A stretch of 64,000 nt of DNA. It comes from Pristiophorus japonicus. Its lineage: Eukaryota. The notes beneath the pieces are model-generated. The model was not told where the DNA came from. It searched no databases and worked only from the letters and a program-made list of their open reading frames with translations. The stretch is taken from the NCBI RefSeq assembly GCF_044704955.1, contig NC_091994.1, positions 47,678,001 to 47,742,000 of the forward strand. Reading direction: 5' to 3'. Of the stretch, positions 48,787 through 64,000 are shown one piece after another. Both the position numbers and the translations under genes were made by a program. Each line of letters opens with the position of its first letter. Position 1 is the stretch's first letter.

Positions 48787-51700
48787 TTTATTGTAGACTA
48801 AACTCAACAATTTTACTTTGACATATAAATTCATTTACTTGAAATGCTAAAGAATGTAAGTTTCCAAATGGGTGGCTAGATTCTTCATGGGGTGTTAAAA
48901 ATAATTCATACTATTAGTATAGTAAAAGCCATTGAGCACTACCCAACTGCTCCAATAAAATCTGCCTAATAACTGGGTCCGTTTTTTACCCCTCCTTTCC
49001 TGAGGGAGTTGAAGCCTTGCTGGTTTGGTGCTCAAGCGGTCATTACTCATGTGAACCTCGTCTGTGGAGTATTATACTGCGGGAGGAAGAGAAGTGCAGA
49101 GAAGGGATCATCATAGCCAAGTGTAATCCTATCTTCATCCAACATCACTTCTAACAGGAGCCTCTGTACCGGGACCGATTTTCCCTAACCTAGAGCACCA
49201 AGGGCAATTATTGTGCGCCTACCACTGCCTGGGCTGAGTCTCGCTAACTCAGCATAAATCAGGATTTAAGTCAGTGGCCTTCCTCATCTGCTAGTCTCAG
49301 CTACTCATTTGATAAATTTGCTGAGCTGCTGACTGATCTGTAACAAGCCCCTTGATGATGTAAGAAATTCATAACTATCTCCCAAAATTGCTGAAAGTAA
49401 CAACTATAACCTAGTTCAAGTCTTGGAAAGTAGAAAACTACCCCACACTGGACAGACCGCAGATACAATTAAATCTGAAAGACTGTTCACTGGAATTCAG
49501 AGATCTAGGAGACAATATTCAAACTGAAGCCACCCAAGACCAATTTATTACTTTGCTTGCACCTCTCCCAGTTACTTTGACAACTGGTAAACACACTTAC
49601 TGACCTAACAACCTGTAAAGCTGCAATGAACTAAAGGAAATTACACGCTGCTTCAGTGTCCAAGCAGCGTTTGAACTTTGAGATCCGCATGGTTTTTATT
49701 TTGTCCTTTTCCAAAATTAGCTTAAAATGTCTCAACAATTTGTAACTAGTTTTCAAATGATTTCTTTTTAAAGACGTGAACAATGCCATTGTGACCGTAC
49801 ACATTTTTTGCAGGGGGGGGGGGTGCGGGGAAGAAAGAGAGGAGATTCTGCTAAGAGTTGAAAATGTAATGAAGCACATTCCTTTGAGGTGACCAACGTA
49901 ATCATCAAAAGGGCAATATAGAGGGACTGAACTCCTAATAACATTAGCATTATACATGCAATTGGTAGCATGTCTTTACCAACATTGCTCAGCTTTGGTG
50001 CAGTTTTTACATCAGATTATAAACTAGGAATAACCACAAGAAACCCAGCAATTTGAAGCTATGCTTTCACAGATTCCATCAAGGCAGCCCGATTAGCACT
50101 ATCCAAACCAATGTGTTACTCTGCAAGTGGTAACATTCAGCTGTCACTAAATCAACTTTACTGGTACAGTTGCATTTATTAACATATATTTTAGGGACCC
50201 CAGCTCAAGTGTGGCAGTGTATAGATGCAAAGCAGAGGAATGTTGACTAAATTGTGGCTCTTCAAAATGTATTTTACAGCCTATCCCAAGAATCAATAGT
50301 AGCTCAAAACAGTTTGGTGAGAACCAATCTAGGAAAGAGATGGGAATCATTTCAATTTAAAAAAATGTCCAAGCTATTTCAGACATCATCCGTGTTCTTC
50401 TGATGATGTCACCAAATGCAAGAAACCAGCATCTCTAAATGTTGCAGGATTTATGGAAGAGAAGACAAAGAAATATGAGGTAGGGAATTTTTTCCTGCAG
50501 CATTAAGTAGGAGTAAAGCACGTCCTGAAATCTTACCTTGGGTAAAAGGTGTACTGTGGGGATGGGAAAAATATGGAATTAATTGCAGCAGTCTTGTTGA
50601 TAAACTAACCTGTCCTGTTCTCTACTGCAAAGCTGTTCAGCCATTTTGGGAATTCAAAGTACTGATAGATAGGAGAGTTTTAAAAAAAAATAAAAGGCTA
50701 TAAAAGATTTCTAAGCCAGAAAGAAATCCTTTATGGCTACACTTTTACTTTGTTATCCTGTAATCAGTATAACTAGTACAGAAAACTATTGAGGTTTTGC
50801 AACATAGGATTAACCAGTTAGGACAGTAATAAATTAGGATTACTGATACACAGATATCCCTACAAAGTGATATAATCCAGGAATCAATGTGGTTCGCAAG
50901 CAAAATTATAGTCATAAAAAATGACAACTGATCTGTTATGAACCATTATCAAGAGATGCAACCCAGGGTCTGGTTCTTCAGTTTAACTTCACTTTTTTTT
51001 TTGTTTTGAATACAGCAAATAATTTAGTGTTCTATTGGGATAAAGCATCAATGTTTCTCCTCCCCTCCCCCCCCACAAAAAAACAATTGTGGGCACAAAG
51101 ACAGTGTAGCCCAGAGGGTAAAAAGCTGCAGCTGTCTGATATCCATGAACTACAGCAAAAACTGTATCTAGCTCAGTTTATATTTTGAAAAAAGTGCAGC
51201 GGAGTTGGTTTTCAAACACGTCACACCGTAGAAACTAACACAGCATTAGGCAAAAGCCAATTCACATTAACTCGATGCTGTGCAGTAAATAAGCAGAGGG
51301 CAAGGGTGAATTATGGATGAAGATAGGTGCAAGTTAATTCCATCTGGTTTAACTGGCAGGATGTACTGAGTTCTAAAGCGTGTTGAATGGAAGGACAAGG
51401 AGTAATAATTATGACACATGTCCAACCAGTAATTGCACAATACCCTTTAGTTGGAGAAATATACCATCAGTCCTCAGCTCTCACAAAATAAATGAATTGT
51501 TGACCATTCACTTGTCAGTGAATAAAATTATTGGCTTAGCATTACAGTCAAACTGGCCTAGAAATCCATTAAAAGCCTCATCATGACAATCATTCACAAA
51601 ATACCAAAAGCAACTTTTGTCAGATATCAGAACTTTGTGGCAAAGATGTCTACTGCTGAGTAATTTAAAGGCCTAGCCAAAATCATTCTTCATACAAACT

Positions 51701-54178
51701 AAATCTGGTCTCGCCACAAAATGTATGCTCTCAAACAAATGCACAAGCTGTCAGCCAGGTTCTCTTTTCACAATGGGGTTGTCTTACATGCAAGTTCTAA
51801 ATTTGGTTGAGTATCAGAAGGCATTTAGCTGTCTAAATAAACCCGAAATAAATCAGTTTGCACTAGTGAATAATTAGCTCTGAACCAAACTTAGAATGTC
51901 AGACTGTGGTGGAAGTCTACACACACAACAAAGACAACCCAACTGCTTTGTTATTCTCCTCCAGCAGACTATTCTTAATTACTTCAGATACAAATTACTT
52001 CTCAAATGTTACTCGTCGTGTGGAAGGCAGTCCTTCTATTTTCTACCACAATGTAATTGATGTTCAAGCAATAGCATTAAAGTAAAATCTGAAATATCAC
52101 TGTAATTAGCTTGTTATCTGATTAAGAGTGAACTGTATCTAGTACTGGAGCCTGCAACATACTAGAAACTGCAACGTACTGGGCAAAGTTAGGAGGAACA
52201 AGGGCCTGGAATGAGAAATCAGAGAACCTTAAATCAGTCTCCACTAATCTGATAGCCTTGCTACCCTCAGCTCCCAGAAACTGCAGTAACTTCCCTACAA
52301 TTTGTAAAAGTCCAAAAATTATATATAGGCATATGAAAAATTAAGTGCATTTTTCTACAGTTCCTTTCTCCAGCAGTTGGGAATGAGAAAAGGAGTTCAA
52401 CTGAAAGTCCACAAGTTTAACTATCTATATTTTGAGAAACCATAACACTCTCAGATCCTATTCTGGGGTTTAAACACACCAGCGTGTTTGGCACAAAGAA
52501 AAAGGTTACAAGGAATGGTACGTTGGTGTCAGCGCCCTTGCCATAGGTTTGGGACAAAGCTTGACTGTGCATTTACCATGGCTTTAAGTAGTTTAGTTTC
52601 TCCAAACCACTTCTTAGCACTATCCATAATCATGTGCTAAACATAAGCAATAAAACTTATTTTCCCTCCATGCCCTCACTCAAACAGGACCAGTGGATTT
52701 GTGTCTGCATTTAATTCTAACAAAGATTTAAAAGCCGGCTACAGCTACCTGTCTACTGAAGGTTCAAGTCTAATTAATTTATTTAAAAGCTCATCAGTTG
52801 GCATACAAAACTTTCCACTCAAAATCCCCTGCTAGCACTCCTGTAAAAAGTTTGTTTATAAAAATAGATGCTCTGTGAAGCCCACTTCAGCATAAGGTGT
52901 AAAACTCTTTGGCAGGGTACCTAAAGATCAGGTGCCTGTCTGCACACTGGCCCCTCAATCCCTACCCCAAATTGGAAAATAAAATTTTGAAGCGCTAAAC
53001 AGCAAATGAATTTTAAAACAGAAAAAAAAACAAAAACAAAACAAAATTGGAGCAAAACAAAACAAATTTAATGATCATAAATGCAAAAGTAAAATCAATA
53101 GTCAAACAAAACAAAGGAAACAAAATGAAAAGAAATTATATAACAGAACATTAACGAAATTCAAAGGCAGTTTGAAAAAACTTTTAGATTAGTCTTCTTT
53201 AAATCTATTTTAACAAAGCTTCGTGTCGACATCTAACCTGTATGAAAAAAAACATTAAGTACTTTCTATTCTGACGCATTATCCCAGCTTAGCATGTCAA
53301 TTATGCAAAAAAACAATTTTTTTTTTTTTTAAAAAGAAATGCAATGGAGTTCACTAGATGGGGTGCAACAAACCTACAAACGTTCAAAAGTTTGAACCTC
53401 CAGGATATTACAAGTAGAATTAATCCTGTAATATAATTTCCCAACCAACTTGCTCCTTTCACCTAGAAATTTGGCAAATGTGTTAAAGCCACCTGCTCCA
53501 TTCTTATACCGTCAACTGTAAATCTATTACTGAATACGGTATACTTTTATCAGGAATTAAAATGTGAATTATTTTTCCACCTATCACCATATTTCATGAG
53601 AACTAAGGAGGACCAATAAGGTGCCATTTACACTATCTACAGAAAACTGTAAATCACAACCATGGCTCAAGAGTCTGGGTCAACTTAATAACTAAACATA
53701 TTAATTTTACGGGCACAAATCAAGCACATTTAAATTCAAAAAGGTTCACTAATGCGTGAATCCTGTGCTAGCAAGTAGTGCATTTATGAAATTGCTTTCC
53801 CAAACATAAGCAGGATTTAACCAAGAGCTACTAGTTACACAACTGATATTAAAATGGAATGACTATTGCAATTTAAAGCGATATTATTCCAAATCCATTG
53901 AACGACTATATGGTTCAGTATTTTTCCCTCCTTTTTTGGTTGGGTGGGAAGAAAGGAGGGGGCAAAATGAAAGGAAAGGTATCAAACGTTTGAACATTTC
54001 ATGTTAGTTGCATCCCAGAGTACTAGTAATATAAAAAAATCCTTTTCACTTATTCTTCTAGAATGGTAGACAAAACACTTCTGTCACAACAATAAGAGTT
54101 GCTTTACACTAGTGGACTTATTCACCTTTCAGCAGTGTATTTCTAATCAAATGCTTACAAACGCGCACAAGCTTTAAA
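48787..54178 (-). other. ELAVL1: Probable long ELAVL1 3' UTR (candidate polyA signals AATAAA at 52783-52778 and 48792-48787)
   Basis: TE-poor, U/AU-rich on the transcript strand, directly after the stop codon. The true end is not determinable from sequence alone. Confidence 0.5.
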
Positions 54179-54532
<354 letters not shown>

Positions 54533-56543
54533 TCAAGAGGTTGGTGCCAAAAGTTTAAAAAGTGACAAAAACAAATAGAAATTAGTAAAAATTCTCACCC
54601 TCCCCTCCAAAAAAAATAAAAAGACAATTAAAAACCTCACTACAGGGGAGTGGGAAAACTAAAGGTGTTAAGCCAGCGATTTAAGCTTAGCTGAAATATC
54701 CATACCACGTTTATAGACAAATGCAGACAGTAACACACTTCATCCAGAGTACAAGTCTTCTGCTTAAAACTGTCACAAAGTATTTTATGGTATTGTAAAG
54801 CCCTACACTATAGCCCAACACAACTCTATCGTGCATTTTTACACGAGTACAGTCAAACAATGATTACGACGTTCCCCTCTGTCGGCTGCATACCGCATGT
54901 AAACAAGTATAGCTTTTTAGACCCGTTGGGATAAGGGAGCAGCTTTATCAATGTAAACACAGGGAGTTGGCTCATGGACTTTCCTGCAACCTGAACCACA
55001 GAAGCACCAAACATAAAAGCATAATACAAAACTGCTTTCCAAACGAAAAAACTGAAGCTATATAATATTGGTAAAAGTGTCTAAAACTAAATCCTGCAAT
55101 GTTCTTGCAAACTTCCTTGCAAAGGCAGCATCTGAACAAACCCAAAATGACTGATTACAGGCATTTTTGACAAGGCAAATAAAGCATTTTCAAATGTCAA
55201 ATGCAAAAACTATGACATCAATTTTGGAATAAATAGTGCAATTCTAAACATTTTAAAAGCTAAATCTTATGGTACTGTTGTCCAAACCTCCAGTCCAAAT
55301 TCAGCCCACATCACAATTTCAAATGGCCTGCCAAACAGCTCCTGGTCAGGAAAAAAGCCTGCTGGCACAAACAACTGATCCATCAATGGAACCTGAACCA
55401 TCAGATGTAGTGCCAGCATTCACACTAGGCTGACAACACCTCCCATCCGTTCTCTTCTCCCATCCAGTCAGAACATGCAGCATTATAAATTTTTGAGACG
55501 CAGCCTCACTGAAAGGGGAAAGTAATGTTGCCAGGAGCAGTAGGCATGATAGCCTGCTGCACCCACGCTGTGTCTGTTTGGCATTTTAAATTCCGCATTG
55601 GAAGATTAACTATTTATGCCAGCTGCCCCACCCCGTCCCCCAGTAAGTAAGCCCTTTGTACTCATAGCCCTTATTATGTGACCCTTGCTGGAAGTGAGAG
55701 CGAGGGTTGCTGTTGGGGCATGGCCAACCTACCTAGCATTACTCAAAATAGTTGTTAGAAGTTCATGTGGAGCCTCTGAGCCCAAGGATGCTGTCACCTA
55801 ACAGTGCCCTCTCCTCACCACCACAAAAAATTAAGCTACTCTCAGACTGCCACTCCCCAAAGTATACAGCACTCTTCCCAGACGAAGTAGAAAATTATGT
55901 TGCCACATCTCCCTTCCCCATGGTTGCAGAGACAAGCAAAATAGACAAGTAAAAATAAAGAGGGAAAAGAGAGCGGGAGATACAGACAGTGTGATCCCAG
56001 AACTCCAAAGAGCACAAAATATACAGGGGACTAACATGATGTTGAATGATGATTCCACCTAAATCAAAGTAATTTGTACATGATTTGATAGTTGTGAAGA
56101 ATGAATCTGGCTCACGATTCCAAATATTTGAATACCCATTCCCTCAAAGCATTGCAGTGTTAAGTGACCCAAGATGAACCAGCCTTTTTGGATATGCCCA
56201 TCTTGTTTCCAGCACTCACTTTCAAAAGGAACAAAGAGCTAATGATCGAAAAATATCTTGAAGATGAACAAAATTCCAATAAATTAGTTGTTAATCAAGA
56301 TCTAAATTGGTGCTTACTGAACAGCAGGTTAAATAATGTATGGCCAAACACACCGGCTGCCCCAGTTTAGGATTAAGTCTGAAAGAATCCACAATAAATT
56401 CTAACAGGGTAACAGTGGCAAAACAGTCTCCGAGTCCAGGAGGATTAAAGTTGTTTTTTTTTTGTGGTACTGAAAGAAACACTGTACGAGGTAATCTTGA
56501 AGTAAAGGTGGTTGAAATCCACAAACGGTCAAGTAGTCTTTCA

Positions 56544-56912
<369 letters not shown>

Positions 56913-57596
56913 CTAGTGTGCCAGCAATCTATTTAAGACCGGTTTATGAAATGCAGCCTGTTGATTTGTTCTGGTTCATATCATTAAGTTAAATTCTTTT
57001 GATGCTTAAAAATCGCACATTAAAAAGGTGGTATTTAGACTGGTTGCAACTGTAATTACTGGAAAAATCTCCATACAAGTATCTGGTACATAATTAGCAT
57101 AAAAGTAGTCCATGTTGACCGTAGTCAGATCGTGCATAGAATATTGCCATCTCAGCAGTTTAAAAGAAACGCATATAAAACAGTCCCACTGGGATTCCAT
57201 ACAGGAATGCAATATAGAGTTTAACCAATGTTATAAATTTTGCGTGAATTACACTGCAACCATATCCCAGCAAGCAGTCAACATCTTCAGAAAGGTATGG
57301 GTGGGTAAAAAATAGCAAGGAAAAATAGATAATTCAAAAAAATGCAACCCCCAGAGCATTTGTATGTGATTGGGTTGATGACACTATTAAATGAACTCAC
57401 CCACCAATAACATTTGATGGTTTAACACTAAAAAAGGTACTAAACAAACAGAAACTGATTGCATTCAGGGAAACAATGGTACCAGCTGAACCACTCCCTT
57501 CTAGATAAGAGGGATAAGGGGAGAAAAAGAGGAAAGAAAAGCCGTGTTCCCAAAGTTAGTTGGAAAGGTACAAGCTACAGAAGCTTTATGCTTTGA

Positions 57597-59845
57597 CAAC
57601 AACAACTTGTATTTATATAGCGCATTTGATTAGTAAAACTTCCCAAGATGCTTCACAGGAGTGTTAAGACAAAAATTTGACACCGAGCCACACAAAAGAA
57701 ATTATGGTAGGTTTTAAGGAGCGTCATAAAAGGAGGAAAGAGGGGTTTAGGGAGGGAGTTCCAGAGCTTAGTGCCTAGGCAGCTGAAGGCATTGCCACCA
57801 ATGGTTGAGCGATGATAATCAGAGATGCTCAAGTGGGCAGAATTTGAGGAGCGCAGACATCTCGGGAGATTGTGAGGCTTAAGGAGATTGCAGATATAGG
57901 GAAGTGGGGGGGAAAGAGACCATGAAGGGATTTTTAAACAAGGATGAGAATTTTGAAATCGAGGCTTGGCTTAACCGGAAGCCAATGTAGGTCAGCGAGC
58001 ACAGGGGTGATGGCTGAACGGGACTTGGTGCGAGTTAGGACACGGGCTGCCGAGTTTTGGACGATCTCAAGTTTACGTAGGGTAGAATGTGGGAGGCCAG
58101 CCAGGAGTGTGTTGGAGTAGTCAAGTCTAGAGGTAACAAAGGCATGGATGAGGGTTTCAGCAGATTAGCTGAGGCGGAGACGAGCAACGTTATGGAGGTG
58201 GAAATAGGCGGTTTTAGTTATGCCACGGATCTGTGGCTCATTTCAGGGTCAAATATGACACCAAGGTTGCAAATAGTCTGGTTCAGCCTCAGACAGATGC
58301 TAGGGAAAGGAATGGAGTCGGTGACTAGGGAATGGAGTTTATGACGGGGACTAAAGACAATGGCTTCGGTCTTCCCAATATTTAATTGGAGAAAATTTCT
58401 GCTCATCCAGTACTGGATGTCGGACAATTTAGAGACCATGGAGGGGTCAAGAGAGATGGTGGTGAGGTCGAGCTGGGTGTCGTCAACGTTCATGTGGAAA
58501 CTGACGTTGTGTTTTCGGATGGAGCCACCAAGGGGCAGCATATAGATGAGAAATAGGAGGGAGCCAAGGATAGATCCTTGGGGGAACACTAGAGGTAATG
58601 ATGTGGGAGTGGGAAGAGAAGCCATTACAGGTGATTTTCTGGCTACGATTAAATAAGAATGGAACCAGGCGAATGCAGTCCCAACCAGCTAGCCGATGGT
58701 GGAGAGGCGTTGGAGGAGGATGGAGCAGTCAACCATGTCAAAGACTGCAGACAGATCCAGAAGGACGAGGAGGGATAGTTTACCTTTGTCACAGTCACAA
58801 AGGTGGTCAATTGTGACTCTGACGAGAACTGTTTTGGTACTGTGGCAGGGGTAGAAACTGGACTGAAGGGATTCAAACATGGAGTGCCAGGAAAGATGGG
58901 CACAGATTTGGGAGGCGACAACACGTTCAAGGATTTGAGAGGAAAGGGAGGTTGGAGATGGGGCGGCATCTTGCAAGCACAGTGGCGTCAAGAGTTGGTT
59001 TGTTTTGAGAGGGGGGATGATGGCAGATTTGAAAGAGAGGGGGACGGTCCCTGAGGAGAGAGAATCGTTAACCATGTCAGCTAACATGGAAGCAGTTTAG
59101 TGGGAATAGGGGCAAGGGAGCAGGAAGTGGGTCTCATGGACAAGATGAGCTTGGAGAGGTCAAGAGGGGAGATCAGAGTGAAACTGGAGAAAGTTGCGAG
59201 TTCAGGGCTAGGGCAGGGGAGAACTTTAGAGGAAGTTTGGCCTGGTGGGCTCGGGAAAGGAAGGGAAGTGGCAGAGGCAGCTGATCGGATGGACTCAATC
59301 TTTGAGACAAAGAACTCCATGAGCTCCTCGCACTTGTTTTTGGAGGGGAGTGTGATGGAGACAGGGGAGAGGGGTTTAAAAAGATGGTTAGCAGTGGAGA
59401 ATAGAAGCCGGGGTTTATCTTTGCATTCCAGAATGATCCTGGAATAGTGAGCAGTTTTGGCAAACAAGAGTCGGTCCTGATAATGCTTTATGTGCCCCAG
59501 CCTGGCGGTGAATGGCTAAACCAGTTGTCCGCTACATCCATCTGTGTAAAGTCTGCGCCTCTTGGACTTGAGGGAGCGAAGATGAGGGCCATACGAGGGG
59601 GAACGACCAAGGTGAGAGAGAGTAATGGTTTTAATAGGGACTAGGGCATCAAAGGTGGTGGTGAGGGTGTAGTTGAGCAGAAATGTCAGGGTGACTGGAG
59701 GACCAAAGGCTAGACAGTTCAGATTTCATAAGTGTAGTTGTAAGAGAATTTGAAGTTTTTTCCCAGGGGTGGAAGCAGAAGTAGGGTTTGGGTGGGGGAA
59801 GGGGTATGTGGGTGGAGAGCGATACAAGGAAGTGGTCAGAGATTA
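57597..59845 (-). mobile_element. L2 LINE, degenerate, intronic
   Basis: LVLLDLSAVFDMVD, FPQGSILGSLLF, HMNVDDTQL and NFLQLNIGKTE, with L2 3' end GCGCTATATAAATACAAGTTGTTGTTG. Confidence 0.92.
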
Positions 59846-59856
59846 AGCAAGCTAAT

Positions 59857-60200
59857 AACATACAAGAAATAGGAGCAGAAGTAGGCCATTCGGCTCCTCG
59901 AGCCTGCTCCGCCATTCAATAAGATCATGGCTGATATTCCACCTCAACTGCACTATCCCCATATCCTTTGATTCCCTTATTATGCAAAATTTATCTATCT
60001 CTGTCTTGAATATACTCAGCGTCTACAGATCTCTGGGATGCACCACCCTCTGAGTGAAGATATTTCTCTCAGTCCTAAATGGCTGATCCCTTATTCTGAG
60101 ACTGTGAACCCTAGACTCCCCAGCCAGGGGAAACATCCTTTCTGCATCAACCCTGTCAAGCCCTATAAGAATTTTGTTATGTTTCAGTGAGATCACCTCT
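59857..60200 (-). mobile_element. CR1 3' fragment
   Basis: AAGAAATAGGAGCAGAAGTAGGCCATTCGG tail and 3' UTR. Confidence 0.8.
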
Positions 60201-60330
60201 AATGGAGGTGCACACTAGACTGGGCTAGTTAGGTCCACTTTTATGCAGCCAGACAAAAGCTCAGAGACAATTACACCTATATTCACATTTACATATATTC
60301 CTTTTATCGTTGACAAAAATGCAAAAATTA

Positions 60331-60528
<198 letters not shown>

Positions 60529-61450
60529 TTACTAAAACATAACGTTGGGTGCATGAAATGCTTCTATGTCTACTTGAATTGTGAAAAACGGATTTCATCC
60601 TGAACTTGGGCTGTATCTGGAGAGCACATTTTGAGCTATAAAACACTAGGTTACAATGTTAGCAGTAATGGTGGAAGCAATTTGAGATGATCACTTGTTA
60701 GCATCAGATGCAAATTTTCCTATAGATTATTGGTACCAAAATTTTAAATAAATCTGGTAACAGCACCGACTACTAGAGACTTTGCAGATATGCTCATTGA
60801 TTTACTTGTCAATGTTAACAGATTTACTGGAGAGCATCTTTTTAGAGGACACTGCCTTTGGATAACTTCGCTGGCACTTAATTTGTTGAGGATATGAGCC
60901 TTCCTAACCAGCAGGCCCCTTTTCTCCCTAAATGTATACCCTTGATGATCTCAGGACCCACATGTTCCAAGGAGGTGCACAAAACAAACAGAAGATGGCA
61001 TTCGGCCTTTTCTCCTACTTCAAGGAAGAACTTCGCCTCTAATCAAAAGCTCAACTGCACTATTGCAGGGAACTCTGCTGCTGCATGTTAATACTTCAAC
61101 ACCCACGAACAATTTTATTTATAAACAACTATTTCAACATGAGATCTGAACCTCATCAGTGGTGAAATTCTGTACAACACATCTATAATCTACTATTCAA
61201 GTACCGCGATGGCTCATTTGACAAACATTGCCCAGCATGGAATCAAGTCAAAACAGACCAGGAAGGTGCGATGTTTGACCGAGTTATTTGATCGCAGCAG
61301 GTTGCCATAATTGGCTTTACCTCCTCTGGGCTAGGGAAGAGGACAAAGCACCCATGGAACAGCACGACTCAACAACTTCGAGGGGTGTAGCTGGGGAAGG
61401 GAAAGAAGAAGATTTAAATGTCTACATTCCCTGAAACATGCACAATGTTA

Positions 61451-61576
<126 letters not shown>

Positions 61577-62439
61577 TTAAAAAGGAGGTGTTTGGTAAGC
61601 AACATCCCAGTTACTAACTCCCCAGAAGGAAGAACTCTTATTTTCTAATATTCTCATTTCCATTTAAACTGTAATTTGCACAGGGACCCAAAGTTTTGTC
61701 AGCAGCATTAAGTAAAAGTAACTGCTTACACAAACAAGTCAGAAATTAAAGTACTGATAGTTATAAGATTTCCAAAACCCTCTATCCCACTTTGTGTTAA
61801 TATTCTTAATGTGCACTCTGCACATAAAATCCCGTGTCAAAAATCCAGCCCCTTAACTTAACTTAACCTAGAGCGGAGATATGTACCAAAAGTCACATTA
61901 ACAGAACGAAGCAGGACTCTCATGTAACGCCAGAATTTCTATAAAAAGTCAGCCTGGCCATGGATCAATAGTTGAAAGACAACATACCACCTGCTCCCTT
62001 GATCCACTGTGCAAATTTTTACATGCGCAGCATACAAATTGCACTACGATCAAAGCCAGCAATATATGTTCAACACTAGTGCTACAAATTGTACGGAATT
62101 CATTATACTGATTGAATAAGGCAAGTCTGATTACTAGTCATCCAACTTCATACCAAACTGAAACTGCAGAATAAACCCAACTAAGCACAAAAGCAGCATT
62201 GGACAGTCCACCCTTGCAGGCACATTTAATGGAAAGAAGATGGCACTGGGAGAACACTCTTTATAATACACTGTTCACTGTATTTTTGTGAAATTCATAA
62301 AACTAAGCAAGTTTCATGCATGTAACGATCACATGGGAATGATAATTACACCACAACTAAACAAAGCAGAACCCTAATGAAACCATTTCCATTCAGATAA
62401 GCTTTGCTATCTAAATGGGGTACAATACATGTACGTGTA

Positions 62440-62516
62440 CAGGTCTGACTTGCTGAGTATTTCCAGCATTTTCTGTTATTTCAGATTTCCAGAAATCCGC
62501 AGTATTTTGCTTTTGT
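62440..62516. mobile_element. Arm fragment of the Penelope-like short element
   Basis: GCTGAGTATTTCCAGCATTTTCTG...CAGTATTTTGCTTTTGT is the reverse complement of the left arm at 34616-34660. Confidence 0.6.
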
Positions 62517-63792
62517 TTCGTTATACACGGAGTGGCTGGGCATTATTTTAAAACTTTTTTTCTCCATTATCTTCCACTGAAATATTTTGAGAGCCATTTC
62601 TGGCTATTAAGGATTATATGCTTCCTAATGTCCAGCTTATAGTAACATTGACAGAATGCTGGATGGATACTGCGACAGCCACACTCCCGGCTAAAAAGTG
62701 GTACATGATGTGAAAAGGAAAGAGATGGAAGAAAATCTTGTGAAGGGGGTCAAACAATCACAACAACAAAGGAACAGTGACTACTGAAAGAGAGAGAAAA
62801 CTTACAACTACAAAAGGGAATTATTTGTCAGTCTGTTCTGGGACCAAATGCAGGCAGAAGACAATTGTCTGGGAAGAACAAAAAAGTGCTTTACACACTG
62901 CTGAAATTAAACAATCAGCACTACATAAAGCTTCCTTCCTCAGCTTAGAAATTCACTATAGAAACAGTGCCACTTCTGATCACTGGATACAGACAGAAAT
63001 TGAGGAAAAGACAAAGGAATGAGTGCAGCAGGTGAGGTTTTCTGAACTTATTCAAAAACCACTCAAGTTTGCTATATTTGCACATCTCTTCATCAGCTAA
63101 GCAATAAGTAATTTGTTGTCTCCAAACATCACTCATTTTGACATAAGGCTATTTATGAATGTAAGTGTTCAGTATAATTATTACTACCTCTGGTGACTTC
63201 TATAAAAGGACTCTTAATCTACCTTAGTGTCCTGGAAGACTCAATGGAATGCACTGCCTGCTTCGGTACTGAGCACAACAGCTCTCCTTTTATTCCAGCT
63301 TCGATGACAGGCCCGTTCAGGAATGGGGGTGGAAAAGTTCCACTAATTGTTTTCCTGTAAATTCATCCCCTGTAATCGCCGATATGAATATCAGGGACGA
63401 CAGGGACAGACTTGATCGTGATCCCTGTTCTCCCCTTTCTCATTAGTTGAACAGTCCGTCAACTGTCTGTCTAGGCTCACATGTGAAGAATGAGCAATTG
63501 GATGAAGTATTCAGTATTTTTTTTTAAAACAAAGACTTTTGTCATTGTTTCCCAATTATTTCATGTCTACACATTAGTTTAGAATTATTACAAATTCAAA
63601 TATTTCAGTATTAGGATTTCTCCAAACTTATACATGAATCCACTGTTCCATTTAGGTACCAATGCTATAAACATCAAATATTTACAAAGATAGATGCTTG
63701 CATTTAAACTAAAAAATTGGGTTTAAAAAAGGCAAAGCAATATTGCAATTTAAATACATTACAGGTGCTGTTCATTTTGAATATAGGCATAT

Positions 63793-64000
63793 GGGGCTCA
63801 ATTTTCCCCAATTATCTGCACCGTTTTTTTGAGAGTAAATTAAAATCTCCAAGTTTCCCCAAAGTTTCTGTGCTAGCGTAATTCACTTAGGTTAGTTTTT
63901 TTTTAAGGTTACGATTTTTTTTTAAACCTCATTGGGGTCGTAACCTGCCACCCGTGCCAATTCTGGCTATTGATGCAAGTTTGGCCAACTACGATTTTTC
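63793..64000. mobile_element. Left end of a probable Harbinger-type element
   Basis: GGGGCTCAATTTTCCCC resembles the TIR at 37642. The element runs off the window. Confidence 0.45.

Overview
Vertebrate genomic DNA, most likely from a cartilaginous fish (shark). This is inferred from the dense CR1/L2/RTE LINEs, elasmobranch-type SINEs and the cluster-type Ig organisation. The left half (1-39 kb) is a retrotransposon-rich accessory region. It holds a decayed immunoglobulin light-chain cluster of the sigma type in unrearranged germline form: a 5'-truncated V with an in-frame stop and 12-RSS, a J with 23-RSS and FGKR in place of FGxG, a frameshifted C exon (14.3 kb), and a second, open C exon 16 kb further downstream (30.5 kb). 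It also holds three long copies of one CR1 family (one full length and nested in an older CR1), a Harbinger-type Myb/SANT gene relic, a ~41-bp minisatellite, an RTE copy with a 5' inversion, and a Penelope-type minimal hammerhead ribozyme relic. The right half holds the last four coding exons of ELAVL1 (HuR) on the minus strand, followed by ~10 kb of TE-poor, AU-rich sequence that is probably a long 3' UTR. I cannot demonstrate a wholly new system. The best leads are the V-J-psiC-C sigma cluster tail-to-tail with ELAVL1, the CR1 direct repeats bracketing it, and the hammerhead relic. All identifications come from reading the sequence by eye; no database search was run.
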